Assembly (NCBI GenBank): GCA_013239625.1
Contig: MU056050.1
Span: 5,899,366 to 5,963,365, forward strand
Reading direction: 5' to 3'
DNA from: Lama guanicoe
Taxonomy: Eukaryota
Length of the DNA stretch: 64,000 nucleotides
Of this stretch, positions 49,205 through 63,315 are shown piece by piece. The notes under the pieces are model-generated. The model was given only the letters and a program-made list of their open reading frames with translations, did not search any database and was not told where the DNA came from. Position 1 is the first letter of the stretch; each line of letters opens with the position of its first letter. Position numbers and translations under genes: made by a program.

Positions 49205-52186
49205 CTACAAACAACCAGTTTGACTGGGTTGAGACCAATGTCTGCTCACTGAGCTGATCTTATTAGCCACTTGTGTTGACACTGTATTAAAATGGCATGA
49301 CTGAATCCTTGCTCGTTATTGTTTGAAAGTTCAAAATTGATATGAATCACATGAATCATGCCTTTTTTTCTAGGTCATTCAGCAGCACAGGATTAAAGTA
49401 GCCAGTTTACCTTAGATGACCAATGCCTGGCTTTGAGCCTACAGGCACTGTCCAGTATGGACTGAACTCTGGAACATTTGAGCCACCTTCCAAAACAAGT
49501 TTCACATGCAAATAAAGGCAATGAAAAGGCCCTTTGAGAAAAGGGCAAGTGCAAATCACACACACTTAATTTACATTAATAATAATGAGAGATCACCTCA
49601 TTGCCACACACGGTCCATCTCAGGGCTACCTACGGTGTCTTAAGTTCCCATCATGTAAGTCTCTCTTAAATATCAATATCTGAGCAGAGGAGCAGACCAG
49701 ATCATACCCACCCATTATCACATTAGTCTGATTTAGTATCTCAAATTACCTACCTCTTTACCCTGAAGGCATCCTTCCATTCATTCAGTTAATAAATATT
49801 TAATGAACACCCACTCAATTCAAGTTCTCTTTAAGTACTATTGATAAAGCACTCAGGGTTGAGAGAGAAGGAGCTACAGTGGGGACCACTGCTTGAGGAA
49901 GGCAAGCACAGGCAGGACACCACCGTTAAGGCAAGAATAACCTCCAGGTTACCAGGCTTTTAGGGTTTTGTAGCAAGTCGTCATCAGTCACTACTCTATA
50001 GACCAGTGTTCTACTCAACTAAGTTAACTGAACAGGACCCAAAGTTCTGCTAGAACACAGTGCTGGCAAAAGCATGCGGCCTGGCATCATACCTGAGGTG
50101 GAGTAGGTACTCAAAAGAACCTGGTGTTGACATATTTTCCAAGAGGTAAATGTACATGAATGCAAAACATGAGAACTCGCACTCAACGAAAAGGTAGGGA
50201 AACATCTTTCAACAGAAATCCAGTGCATAGATAGTAAAAACTGTAGCCATTCTAAAAGAGCAGTAATGAGAAGTTACACAAGATACATAGAAAGGGCTGA
50301 TAAATTTAAAATATATATATATATATTATATATAAAATCAGCCAATCGGGAAGGAGGGAGACATAAATCATGTGTCAAGCCCAATGTGTTTGGTTTTTCC
50401 CAATGTAAACTGGACAAAAAGGGAAACATAAAACTTCAATGAATCAAGCCTTAAATGTTAGTCCTATAGAAAGTTTCAACAGCATACTGGTAATATACCA
50501 AGCCGAATAGCTAACATAGCGCCAGGGATATTTTTGTAAGGAAAAATGTGAAGGAGCCAAATTTATGAACCAACTTGCTCTTTAAAGGTGAATGAACTTC
50601 AACCTTAACTACCGTATCTCCCTAACTAGCAAACACTCTCCCCCTGGTGTTATTTGTGCACGTTGTCAAAATAAGGATAGTGCCACATTTCCAGCCAGCA
50701 ACGTACTCTGATATCAATGCCGGATGAATATCACCCAGCCACCGCATTTAGAAAAGAAATGTGGCTCATTCTTCAACTGCCTCTAATCGATACCTCCAGA
50801 ATTTATATTCTGTAAACATCCACACTTTGCTTCTAAACAAATAATTTCATCATAAGCTAGTTCTCAGTAAAAACTACAATAAGTTTTCACAATATATTAT
50901 GGGAGCTCTGGCTCGTCAGTTCTAAATAATGGCTCCTTTTGCTGGACAAGTAAATTGAAATTGATTTGTTTCGGCCGCCTGTCCTAGAACACACAATGCC
51001 TGCTTACAACAAGCCTATTGACTTCTGCAAACAGTACTCCAGCGTGCTTCCTCAAGGACTCCAGGCAGGATTTTTAAATCATCCCACCTTCTTTCCCCGA
51101 ATCCCGAGAACAAAGCATCCATTTCAATCAGGGCTCTGCACAATGTGTCCAAGAGAGGGAATGTGAGGGAACTTCCATTGAGATTAACCAAGCAGAGCCC
51201 AAGGTGAGAAGGGAGCCCTCAGATGAAAGGCGAGGGACACAAAAAGGGGAATGACTAAAAGTCAAATCAACCACTCCTTGTGAATCACAAGGTGAGGAGA
51301 GAGTGAGAGACTCCCTCCTTCCCCCTTGGGACAGTGCCATCATGGAAACAGTTGAAGATACAGAAAAAATATCCTGAGAGAACACATTTCTGGAGGGTGA
51401 CTGTGAGCAGCCAAGAAAACAGTGCAGGCTTCTGGTAAATGCTTTCCAAAGATGTTGCATACAAAGTCCACAATGCCTCCTGCGCTCCCTGTCACTCAGG
51501 AAGGAAGGCCGGTGAGGCAGAATGGCAATCTGATTTTGACCGTTACTGCAGAGGAGTCTGGGACTGGATTCTGGGCCGCACGAAGGTTTCTTTCTAGAAG
51601 TATACATCTGAGGGCAGAGGTTGGCTCTAGTGGCCCTCCAGTCATGAGCTCCAGAGACACCATGAGCTTAGCAAATAGCAAAATGGCCGTCCTTGGCCAA
51701 CTGAGGACCCCTCTATGGATTTTAGAGTCTCCAAACTGATGTTTCTTTATATAACTCTTTTCCCCACAATTCTGTGGGGGAGGCAGGGCAGGTATCATTC
51801 TTCACATCTGAAAATTTAAGAATATGAGGCCCGGGGAGGAGAGAAAAATTAACAAAGCTCCAACAGCTTGTAAATGGTAGTCCAGAAATTTGAACCCAGA
51901 CCTTGTGGCTTTAGAGTTAGCATTCTTCACAATATTTGTGTTCTGTTCCTTCGTTCTATCATCCATTCATTCAACAAATCTATATCAAGTGCTGACTTTG
52001 TGCCAGGTAGCGGGAGCCCCCACATTGTTCACTGTCTAGAACTGCCCTTCAGTACCACCTCTTGATGCTACAGAAACCTCTCCAACAGCACCTACCACCA
52101 GCCTCACCTCACTAGAAGACTGTCACTCACTAGAACTTCAAACCCACTGCTTTCTAAAGACTGCTGCTCCTCAGCTGTGGGGCTGC

Positions 52187-52695
52187 TATTGAGGTGGGAA
52201 GCCCCATAAAAAAGACTGGCAGGACCACTACTCTCCTGCCAGCACCATCCGGTTCCCTGGCCCAGCAGCTTTATCTCACTTTTTGCCTCTGAAACATCTT
52301 ACTTCTAGAGAAGTGGAACTTACCCCTAAACTTCTATTGGTTCCCTGAGCTAACTGCTGATTGGTCCATTTGTAGTGCTTCATTTGCATGGAGCTCACTC
52401 CTGATTGGTTATTTCTCTCACTCTTGATTGGTCCATTTCTACAAAGCTTGTTCCTAATTAGTCAACCTTTGTTATACCTTATTTGCATATGATGTTACAA
52501 AATGTTGCAAAATCTAGACTGGTAGCCCATAAAAGCCTGTGTAAACCTACAGATCAGGTCTAGAGCTTGGAGTGTTAACTCCTGTGGGCCCGCTGGTGTA
52601 ATAAACCTGAGTTCTCCAACTCTCCGAGTGCTGCTTGGTCTCTCGCCCAGATCCAGGCTGCTGTCACAACTGAACTGTAACACCGAGCTGTAACA
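52187..52695 (+). mobile_element. Solo ERV LTR (ERV1/ERV9-like architecture)
   Basis: Four ATTGG boxes, two ATTTGCAT octamers, TATA-like CATAAAA (~52528), AATAAA at 52600-52605 and ctgt(a/c)aca repeats at the 3' end. Possible 4-bp TSD ctgc (52183-52186, 52696-52699); the end could extend to 52708. Confidence 0.75.
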
Positions 52696-53699
52696 CTGCG
52701 CTGTCACATGCTTTTCTGCAACACTATGACCTGACCCAGGAATACCTGTGAAGCTGACACAAGTCTCTCCTCTTTCTACACCCAGCAGTGACCCTCTGCC
52801 CCTAGCACCACCCACAGGCACACTGACAAGCCTTTTCCCAATACTATCATCTAGAACGTTCCTGCTCCCCCTCACAACTTCCCTGCCCTATATTCCCATT
52901 CTCTGAAGCTCTTTCCCTGCTAAGGAGGCAGTACAAGTCATCTCTACTGAAGTCACTCCCCTTGATTTAACATACCTGCTTTCTCACAGGGCCCTGCGGC
53001 TAACTCATGTCAGGAGGGGCCTGTGTCCCTTAGTTTTCGGAACAATGAAATGAACATGGGGTAACAGTCATGCTGTGGGGACTCGGTGCAGGTATTAGAA
53101 AGTGCAGGGGAAAGTCGGACCAGTCAGATGTGGGCCACACAAACCCTGAAAGGATAAAGCCTACAATTACTTCTTCCTCTTAACCCTTCATTCCGACAGC
53201 CTGTCAGGCCTTGTCCTCAAAGAGCCTCTGGAGAAAATATTTATAGCAGAGCTCCTGTCAGTCTGGTCTCGAGTTACACGCCCCTTGTCAACAAAATCCA
53301 GCCAAAACTGCCTGCTTCACTTCCAGCTTCTCCAAGGTCTGTCGATGACCTTGTGTTTCAGCAGTGGTTACTATCTTACCTCTGGGGCTTATGAGTGACC
53401 ACTTGTCCCCTCCTTTCAGAATTTTATATACCATTTAGAACGTCACCTTTGGCCCTGCTGGCAATATAAGGGAGGGTAGCTTCTCCCACAAGGTTATAAT
53501 AGCCGTCTCCCTTCAGAATCTGATCTTCAGGAGTTTAACAAGAGCTTAAAAAATGCACCAGTGAGAGAAACCTTGGCCCCCTGCAGACCCGTAGCCCTTC
53601 GGGATGAGGTGCTATGAAGGAGGGGCGGAAAGACACAGGAGGACCTTCAATTGGTTGGAGTCCTGCTGTTTCCCCCTCTGATTATTTGCTTTCCCAACC

Positions 53700-54170
53700 C
53701 TGTTGCCACCCTGATCCAGGGCCTCCTCCCCTCATGCCAGTCTTCCAGCAGTTGATATTTCTTCCTCCAAGGTTCTCTCCCCTTTGATCCATACTCTGTA
53801 CTGCTGTTAAGATGAGTTCTTTCAAAAACACGTTATTCCTCTGCTCAGAATCCTTCACTGACTATTTACAGAACAAAGCCCAAGCTCCTCCGGCCAGCGT
53901 TCAAGACCTTTCATGCAATGGACCCACCCTACCCTACTGACCCAGCCCTATCCTCAACCTCCTTCCTTGCATGAGACTTCTGTCCTGCAAAGACCAGCTC
54001 TGCATCGTCCTGGGCAAGCATTATGCTTCCTGTATCCTGGGTGCCTTTACTGCAGGCTGCCTCTCCCACCCACTGCACCACAGACTCTCGCCTAACTCTC
54101 CTTGGTCCATCCAAGCCCAGGCTTCTTGTTTCATGCCCTGCTCAAGACATACGTCTTCCTTCAAACCTTC
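53700..54170 (+). mobile_element. L2 3' region
   Basis: 'cctctgctcagaatccttcactg...agaacaaagcccaagctcctc...ttcaagaccttt'. Confidence 0.65.
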
Positions 54171-55640
54171 CCCAGTTGCCCCTAGCCTACCATGAGTGCT
54201 ATTAGGAATGCCAAATATAAGACCCTTTCCCAGACCTACAGAATCCGAGTCTGTGATTTCAAGATCTTATATATATTACAGTTTGAGAAGCACTATCCCA
54301 AACAACACTCTGGTTTATACCATTAAAAGAAAAGAAACTAAGATCCCCCTGACTGCAAATTATGACAGACAATCCAACTCCCCTCTGCTCTTTTCCCCAA
54401 CTCCACCCATCTCCCATCTTCATTATGGATTCCTTCTAGTTGTTTATGGAGATACAAATCATCAGGTAAGTGTGTACCTTCCCAACTAGCTACATCCACA
54501 AGCTGTCCCTTCTACCACCTTTGTATCCTTTAAGGACTCAAAGCCCCTTGTTTTTATTTCATCAGGCTTCCCTCTTCTGGGATCACAATTTCATGTAATT
54601 AATTTTGCTGCCAGCAAATTATAGCTACACTTGTCTACAATGCCTCCTCCTCCAAGGCAGAGCAAATTGTTGATTGGGCCTGGGAGCCTCGGTTTCGGCA
54701 GCAGGAAGGAAGGAGTCAGCAGGCCGGATGAATGTACTCTATGTGGAGAGTCTGACACCCCGGGAGGAGCAGGGCCAGCGCTGGGATGCCGCTGGAGAGC
54801 GGGAGGTGGAGGATTTGCCAAGATCGGCTGGCGGCTACTGTTTCCAAATCACCCTACGTACCCCAAGCCACATCTAGACTCTAAGAGGACATCAGTGCTG
54901 GAGAAATTTGATGAAGTCCCCAAAGCAAAAGAAACCAAACATCTCAGAAACTTGTTCAGGCTCTCCGTCTATCCCTTTGACAATTTTTCTGTTTCTTAAT
55001 GTCTCGCTCCCAGCCCTTCTCTCCTCTTCCTTCTTTTCTGACTTGTAATGGTTTGAGCTTGATGAAAATGGGATTTTTCCGGGCGCTGGGGTAGAGCTGG
55101 AGAGATCTATCAAGAAGCACCAAAGTCTTTTACTTCAAGTTCAGCTTTGTTGACAACTCAACTGTTGTTTGCCACTTTACACCCCCCACCTCACAGTCTG
55201 TAATTCCACTCTAGTCAGAAATGAATCATTTAAATAAGCTGCAAGGCAGTCGATCTAGTCAATCTGAATTATGGACTTTTTTAAAAACCAGAAGTAGATT
55301 TTCATTCTGCCATTCAATATTAACCTAAATTTGGGAAAGCAAGCATTGTGTATTGAGAGGCTCTTTTATGGAATTTACCACAAAGAGAAGAAAAGACATC
55401 AGAAATGCTAAATTTTAGTACGCAAAACAATAGTCCAACCGTGATTGCAAATGCCTGCTTCTCCTAGAATCAGTTTTCTCCTGTACAGGTAAACCATTCT
55501 CCCTATTTTGAATCAGCTTGCAACAGTCCACTGCTAACTCGACCCTCTCATCACAGACCCCAAAAGAAATCGCAGCTCAACTCAAATCAAAGCGACCACA
55601 CAGCCCAATCCAAGCGATGTGACACAATGAATTGTTACTG

Positions 55641-55795
55641 CAGTAGTTTTGAGCACCAGTCGCATCAGAACTACCTGAGGGACTGGGACTTGTTAAATGC
55701 CTGGATTCCCTGGTCGCACCTGAAATGGAATGAATCCAAATCTGCACGTTGAAGGCGGGCATCCCCATGTGTAACAAGCTCTCCAGCTGGTTTGG
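55641..55795. mobile_element. MER5A-like hAT MITE
   Basis: 'cagtagtttt...gcatcagaactacctgaggg...cttgttaaa...taacaagctctccagctg'. Confidence 0.6.
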
Positions 55796-58689
55796 AAACC
55801 TATTTTCACGTGTGCCTAAGCCCCAGACCTCTTGGACTGCCTGATTCTGCCACCACTGCAACTGTTTTCTAGCAGATGTCCCCTGGCAGACACCAAGGGC
55901 ACTTCCTGTCTTCTTCACAAAGCTGCACTAGGCATCAGCGGTGACACTAAAGTTGAATGCCTTTAAAAGGGTTTTCCTCTGAGACCTTTTACCTTCTCGG
56001 CCAGCAGCCAGTGAAAAACTTGTCCTCTCCAAGGCGAGAGGCCTGGCAGCAGACTCAGACCTCCAGGTTAAGCAGCATCCTACGTGACCGGACTGGGAGT
56101 CATCACTCCCGAGGTTTCAAGGATGGAGGAAACGAACATCACAGTGGTCATTAAACATGTGATATTCCAAAATGCCTCCTTTTAAAATCCTTCCAGGCAA
56201 GAAGCGCTGGATTCTACAGGAGATATGACAGAAAAAGCCGTGAAGTAGGTGTGGTTTGTTTCTGGTGTCCCTCAGTCTCCACGTTCTTTTCCTGCATAGT
56301 CCGTCTGGCGGGGCCTGATGCCCCTGGGCCTCCAGGGGTGGCAGCTGACTCATGGGTGTCCCTTGCCGGGACCTGCTCCTGACCTTCCCTTCCTTCTGCC
56401 TCTGCCCCCGCTACCTTCCAGCTTGGCTCTCCTCCCTCAAGGCTGTGCTCTGAGCACAATGTAGTTGGTACTGGGTTACAGAAGTGCCTTTTGGGGTTTA
56501 AGGACAAGTTCAGCTGGAGGCTAATTTGAACTAACCATTTCACCATAGGTCAATGATCCAGGTGATTTTTCACTATGTTCCCTAGTACCTAGCTAACTCT
56601 GGCCCCAGACTGAGCACTAACCCTGGCCATCTGACAGTTATTTATGGTTAGATACTAAGAGGACCCACAAAAAAAAAAGTATGATTGATTCAGAGGAACC
56701 CCATGCCCCACGAGTAGAGACACAATTCAAAAGACACATCCTGTCTAATTGACTATAAATCAGCACTGTTACTTTGCTATAGGAAGGATATCAAGTTATC
56801 AACTGGAATTTATAATCCACCAGTAAAAGTCAAGAGATGGGGGGTGGAGAGGACTCGCAATAGAGTCTATTATGTGAGCAAAGGGAATTAGGCCGAGCCT
56901 ACTCCACCGAGATCTCAGAGCCTCACGGTCAACATCATCAAGCTGTGTTTTTTAGTGTGTTTACTGATATAACCCTGACTCTGCTCATATTGGAAAAATA
57001 GGAACTGAGCCAGGGTGCCAGAATATTCATGGAAGTAAATATTTATAAGCAGAACAGACAATAAATGTCTGAGAGCAACAACCTTCGGAGCACCCAAACG
57101 TGAAACATCCAACACTGTTGCCATTTGTTGTAGCTTTGAGCTGTAAACAACAGTTCTTAAAATAAATTTCAGTCTCCTACTGGCATCTGAAACACAGGAA
57201 AAAAATATCTGAATGACCTCAAGGCGGTTCAGTCTGAAACAACTGTCAAGTTCTGCCTGCTATTAATTGTTGGAGATTCAGTCAAACGTCTTTTTCTAAG
57301 AATCTCTGAATCCAGTTGTTTCTCAATTATTCCCCAGATGCTAATCACTCCTCCCAGCTCACTCCTGCCATCAGGCAATGCGCTGCCAGGAAGCTCCCCT
57401 AGGGAACAGGTGCATCTCTGGCTCCACCGGCCCTGTAGGCTGACAACAGATGAACTCCTAAGTAGAAGCACGAATGGTGAATGGAAACTGCACCATGTCC
57501 TAGGATGGGGGTAGTAATTGTAGCCCTCAGCAAAATGAGGAGAGAGGTGAAGTCTGTCTTCACCATCTTCCTCCCCACCCTCTTTTCTGCCTGTCTCCTA
57601 GGCCAGCAGCACGAAGTCTTCCCAACCCCCACCTCTACCTGGTCCTGCACCAGCGCAGGGGCCTTCTAAGTATAACCAGCAACATGAACAAGGAAACAGG
57701 GGACTTGTGTTCAAATCTGGACTCTATCTAGCTCCATGATCTTGGGGAAGTCACTTCTTAGTCTCAGTAACCTCACTAATGAGATGAAAGGAAGGAGGGT
57801 CAGGGGCAGCAAAATTTACAGAGCTCTTACCACGTGCTGGACACTGTGTTCAAGGCCTGCTCATGTCAGTCACTCCCTTCACCTTCCCAAGCAGTTATCA
57901 CAGTGCTTACTTTACACATAAGGAAGGTTAGGTTCTGAAGGATTACATGACTTGCCCAAATCTGCCAAGTATATGAGCAGCAGGAGAGGGAACTGCATCC
58001 CCACTCGCAGGTCTGACCACACTGCTTCCCCGGGGCGTGGCACAGATGGTCCCAAAAGGCCCCTTCCAGCTTGGACACCGCACAAGTCAGTGAAATCCTA
58101 CTATGTACTCAGCTGTCCACTCCACCTTTCCGAGGTGCCAGTTCCATAGACATTTGTTTTTCTTTTTTTGTTTTTAAAGTTTGGGTGATATAAACAAGAG
58201 ATATTGAGCAAAGATCATTTGGTGCCTGGTTTAACAGTGAGTAAACCAAGAGAGGGGAGACCTGAACAGGTCTTTAAAAGATAATGTGTCAGCTAAGTTT
58301 AAAAACAGGTGCGACATGCCCACCTCTGCTCTATGAGAGAAAGGGAAATAAGCTACATGGAAGCTAAGATTCTGTAAATCACTACCCACCACCACCTTCC
58401 ATCGAAGAAAGGAACTGGTTCAACTCCAGATGGTTTAATGGACCGAAAGTGGATGCTGTCTCCCCACCAACTGAAACGAGATGAAGGGTTTGGAAGGGGT
58501 AGGTTTCTGACTTGTGCAAATCAAAGGACGGCAGAATCATTCCCTGAAATTGGGAAGCTAGACCAAGAGCCAGAGTTGGAGGGAAATTCATGAGTTATCA
58601 CAAAAAGGAGTTTTTCTAAAATCTTCTCTCATCATGAGTATCTCCACTGAAACAACTGCCAATTCACCACTCCTGTAGGGTTTCAACCT

Positions 58690-59210
58690 GTGATTCAAGT
58701 CCACATCATCTCTTCCTAAAACTACTGTAATAACCTTCTAACTGCTCTTCCTGCCCCTAGCCCTGCACCCTTCCAATCCACCCCCACACTGCTGCCAGAG
58801 AGTTTGAACTCAAAGGCAGATCTCTTCATCCTATTCCCTTGTTTAAAGACCCTCAGTGGCTCCCCACTACCCTCAGTGTAAAGGTCTAGCACCCACAAAT
58901 GATGCACAAAGCACTTCATGAAGCAGCCCCACCTACTTTTCAAGATTCACCTCTCCAAATGCTCGGAGTTCCCAGAGCACACTAAAGCATGTCAGATTTG
59001 CGTGCCTCTGTTTATGCTGCTCTCCCTAAGATGCTGTCTCCTGCATCCCCATCTGTCTGGTGAACACCTACCCAAAACTCACAAGTCACAGCATGTGTAC
59101 CTTCTCTCTCAAGCCTTTCACGACCTCCTTACCATGACCTAATGTGTGCCCCACAACCAGGATGTGATTCTATCATAATACCTTTATCACTTTATAGCAC
59201 TTGATTGTAT
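58690..59210 (+). mobile_element. L2 3' region
   Basis: 'actactgtaataaccttctaactgctcttcctgcc...cacactgctgccagag...ctcagtggctccccact'. Confidence 0.8.
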
Positions 59211-59259
59211 ACAATTACAGGTATTATGATAGAATCACCTACTGGTTGCGGGGCACAAA

Positions 59260-59478
59260 GTAGGTCATGGCATTCTCGGGGATTGGTTCTATCTAGGACC
59301 CAATGCAGATACTAAGATCCCCAGATACTCAAGGCCCATAGTCAGCGCTCTGTATCCATGGTTCCACATCCACAGATTCAATCAACGTTGGATCACATAT
59401 TACTATACTTACTACTGAAAACAATTCTCATGTATATGGACCCATACTGTCCAAACCCATATTCTTAAAGCTCCACTG
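59260..59478. mobile_element. TcMar-Tigger MITE (MER8/MER2-like)
   Basis: 'ggggattggttc...ggacccaatgcagatactaagatcc...ggacccatactgtccaaacccatattcttaaagctccactg' followed by TA. Confidence 0.7.
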
Positions 59479-61069
59479 TATAGGTTTGCAACCTCACCAC
59501 TAGACACGGTGGCCCCCAAAGACAAGGACTATGCATAGAGCTTGGCGTATTTCACTCGTAGTGAAAGTCCACCGAATTAACAAGTGGATGGATGATTAAG
59601 TGGATAAAGCAGCTGAACGGACTGATGAATAAATGGGGGCAATACTAGCAAAAAGAAGATACAACCCAGGACATGTTCACAGTGGATCACTGTTTACAAA
59701 GCACTTTAAAACTTTCTCTATTTGTTCCTGATACTATTGTGAGGCAGAAAAGGCAAACAGACGCTGTCACCCCGTCATTCTAGAGGTGAGAGACCTGGGT
59801 AACTTTCAAGGTCACAGATCTAGTACATGTCAGAGTCAGGACAAGAACTCAAGTGGCCTGAGGTATTCCAGAATTCTCCCTCCGGTGGCTAACCAAATGC
59901 TAAGGCAAGAAAAGCATTAGATAATGGGAAAGTTTTTCTTTTAGGACCTTTTTCCTCCCCAAATTAACGTGCCCTGTGCACTCAGCAGCCACCTTCTCAG
60001 TACCACTTTGATGTTTAGACTTTCTCACGTTTGACAAAGTCAGGTCAGCGCTGCCTGGCCTTGTCAGCGCTCCCAGGGCACAACAGTGCAGGGCACTCAG
60101 GAGGAGCCTCCAATGCTAAAAGGCCCTTCGCGAGTCTCATCGGAAAGTCACATACATAACTCTAAAAATATCCCCCGTGATCTATGCATATAACCAGGGT
60201 GTCTGACAAATTCAATTAAATCTGTCATACATCATTCTCCACAGCGTTATTTAGAGAGACATAGTAGTATCGAATTTTAATTATTCAGCTCCTATTGATC
60301 CTACCATCATCTGGTGAGAATCATTTGCAAACTGACAGTCCCCTCAGGAGACAGCCACTATTATCTAATTATAAATCTCACAGTGTCATTTGATAAAATG
60401 TTAGGATTTTTCCTTTCCACAAGAAAAGCCCAAATTTTTGCCAAAGTCTCATCTAGAAACTGAAATAATGCAACAGATAACTTAAGCTGAGACAAGTGGA
60501 GCCTGGTACATTATTATATTGTGTTCACCACTCTATCACTCGGGGCCCACCATAGTTCCTGGCACATAATCAGTGTTCCAAAAAAATCTTTGTTGACCAA
60601 CTCAGTGACTGGCTGGGTGACTGTTTACTCTTGGGCTAGTCCTTCAGGGCACTCTGGCAGTGGGGATTAAGTTGCACCTGGAGGTATTTCTGTTCCCAAT
60701 GTCTCCCCAGCCCTTGGTCAGGGACCTAAAGTTCCCACCATTCCTCACTCTTCTGTGTTGAGACTTGAGGACACCTGTGAGGATGCAGAAATGGTGGCCA
60801 CTGGTGATTACCAGCAGAGAGAGGCTTTGGCCTAGATCACAGGGCCCTTTGGGATGAACATTAGGCCAGCAGGGGTGGAAGGGACTTGGTAGAGAAGTCC
60901 TACAGCATAAACTCTGGGGAGGGTGTATGAGGGCAGTGCCTAAGCACACAGCCATTTATTCAAGGTCACCACCTGGGAAACTGCAGAAACGGAGCAGCGA
61001 AGAGTCTAGCAAGGAATATCATCAATAAAAATAATTTCAGAATCAAAAATCACACCATAAGATGGGCGT

Positions 61070-61850
61070 GAAGGGTAAGAAAGATTTTACCAGGCAGAGA
61101 TGGAGAGAAATACGTTGCAGGCAGAAGGGAATGCATCAGCGAAGACACAGGTGACAGGAAAGACCAGGGTGTATTTCAAACATAGAGCACTGGAGGCAAG
61201 AGGGAGAGAAGCCTGGAAAGGTAGGCTAGGGCCAGTCGGTGGAGGGCTTTAGATGCCAAGTGGTGGTTTCAGGGTTTTACTCTACAAGCAGTGAGGATGA
61301 AAATAGTGGCAGTTATGAAAAGGATGGGGACATGATGATGGCTGTGCTTTAGAAAGATGACGCTCATGAGCGTTGGAAGTGCAGATAGAGAGAGAGTAGA
61401 ACAACTTTGGAGGCTCCTGAAACATACCAGAGATGACTAAAGCCTAATCAAGGGCATAAGCAGTAAGAGATGAAAGGAGAGGAAAGAAGTGAGGGATGCT
61501 GTAAAGCATCTAATAATGTTTAAAGGTTGTGGGAACTGAAGGAGACACAGGTGATGTGAAGTTGTACTTCTGGTACCATTCACCGAATTAGGGAAGAAGA
61601 AGAACGACATTTGGTTCTTGTCTGTTTCATTATTGTTATTGTTGTTCGGGGAGTGAGGAGCTCACTTTGAGAGTATCAGTTTACGGTACCTGCAGGATAG
61701 CTAAGTGAAAATGTCCCATAAGATGCTGAACTTCAGATCCAAATTTCAGGAGAAAGGTCAAAATTAAAATATGCAGATTTGAGAAGTCTTTTGCAAGAGT
61801 GTATCTGATCATCCACCCGAGTGAATGAAGGGCAGAAGTAATGAGGAGAC
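61070..61850 (-). mobile_element. L2 LINE (antisense)
   Basis: 'gcaggcagaagggaatgca...gagggctttagatgccaag...tgtgctttagaaagat'. Confidence 0.7.
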
Positions 61851-62089
61851 TATGACCAAATTTCCAAATGAGGAAGTTATCTTGGAGGCCAACTTGAGTC
61901 ATTTCCAATAAAGCACTATGTGGAGCAAATTTTATTTTTGTTTTGTTTAGTTTCTACTTATCAGAACCAACTACGTTGGCTGAGTGATCACGAGAGTAAC
62001 TCGCTAGAAATAAACTGGTATAAGGAAGAGTACGTTCTCTAAACAAAGAGGTCTTGGTTAAGTCATGTTGATGTACATAAAGCCGTGCA

Positions 62090-62250
62090 TAATATTAGAG
62101 TTAAATCTTGATTTTGCAATTGGGGAACTCAAGTGCCAAAAAAGTGAGGTGACGTCTCTGAAATCACAGTTAGCAAGACTCAGAGCAAGACTAGAATCCA
62201 GTTCTTTTGCTTTGGAGCCCAATGATTCATTTTCGCCCCCATGCCACTAA
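62090..62250 (-). mobile_element. MIR fragment
   Basis: 'attttgcaattggggaactcaagtgcc...aaatcacagttagc...agactagaatccagttct'. Confidence 0.6.
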
Positions 62251-63315
62251 CTCACAACTAACAATTGATATGGTGAATTACTGCACTTGATCCTAAGAAT
62301 TGCAAACAATTTCAGGTGTTTGGTGGAGACAAGGCATCATGCACCAGGCTGACAGTTGTCTATTTAATATATGGTTAACTGTCAATTACTTCTGCCAAAA
62401 AGGAAGCCATGTCAAGAAAAATCCAAAATACTGGATACATCTCCAAATCATTTGAGTTTAACACATTTTTCAAAGTTATATCATTTAAAGTAAGCCATGT
62501 GCTCTTGAAAGGTTATCTGCAAAAAAGCTATTTGTAAAGTGAATCATCCTTTCTCCCTTGATTTATAGTAATTTCTAAGATATGATCTTAGAAAAAGATA
62601 AAATACACTGTTTTCAAGACAGCCCAATCCTTTCAAAATCATTAAGATGTCTTTAATGTACGATGAACACCTGAAAAACACTCCTTGGAGCCTGCGGGAA
62701 ACAATTCACACCCCATAGCATGCCATCCAAAGTTTCCAACCTCAGATCCCCAACCTAACTTTGTAAATCCATCTCCTCTCACACATATCTACACCAACCA
62801 CTTCTTCTAATGACACAAACCCATTAGCTCTTCCCCAAACACACTATGCACACTCAGGTTTTCTCTATTCCTCTGCTCATACTGTTCCCTGGTTTTGAAA
62901 ATTACCTTCTCCATCATCACTGGTCAAATGTCCTATCTGTTTTTCAAGATCCAGATTGAAATTCACTTCCCCATGAAGCCTCCTCTGGTCACTCCATAGA
63001 GAAGTACTCTGTCCCTTCTCCACACCTCCCAAAGGAAGAGCAAGCAGAATTCGAGAGCAACCTAGTTCTGGGACACATTTAAGGTATTACTTCCCCTTAA
63101 AACGTAGGTCAAATCTACCATTCATTCATCTATCCTTAAAATGTGCTCTGTACTAGAGGTCAGCTCACTGTTAAGAATATCACAATGCACAAGAAGAAAG
63201 AGTCCATGCTTTCAAGGAGTTCACAGTCAAGTTGGAGAGGCAAACAACTAAATAGGCAATTATAATTAAATTACAATGAGTGCTCTGATAAGATAAGTTC
63301 TGGACTTGCTCAGGA

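Noticed and set aside
52645..52708. ctgt(a/c)aca repeats as a CRISPR-like array
   Set aside because: Short units with tiny spacers at an LTR 3' end in a mammalian genome; no cas genes.
54631..54999. 122-aa GC-richer ORF
   Set aside because: Non-ATG start, no homology and no convincing exon boundaries.
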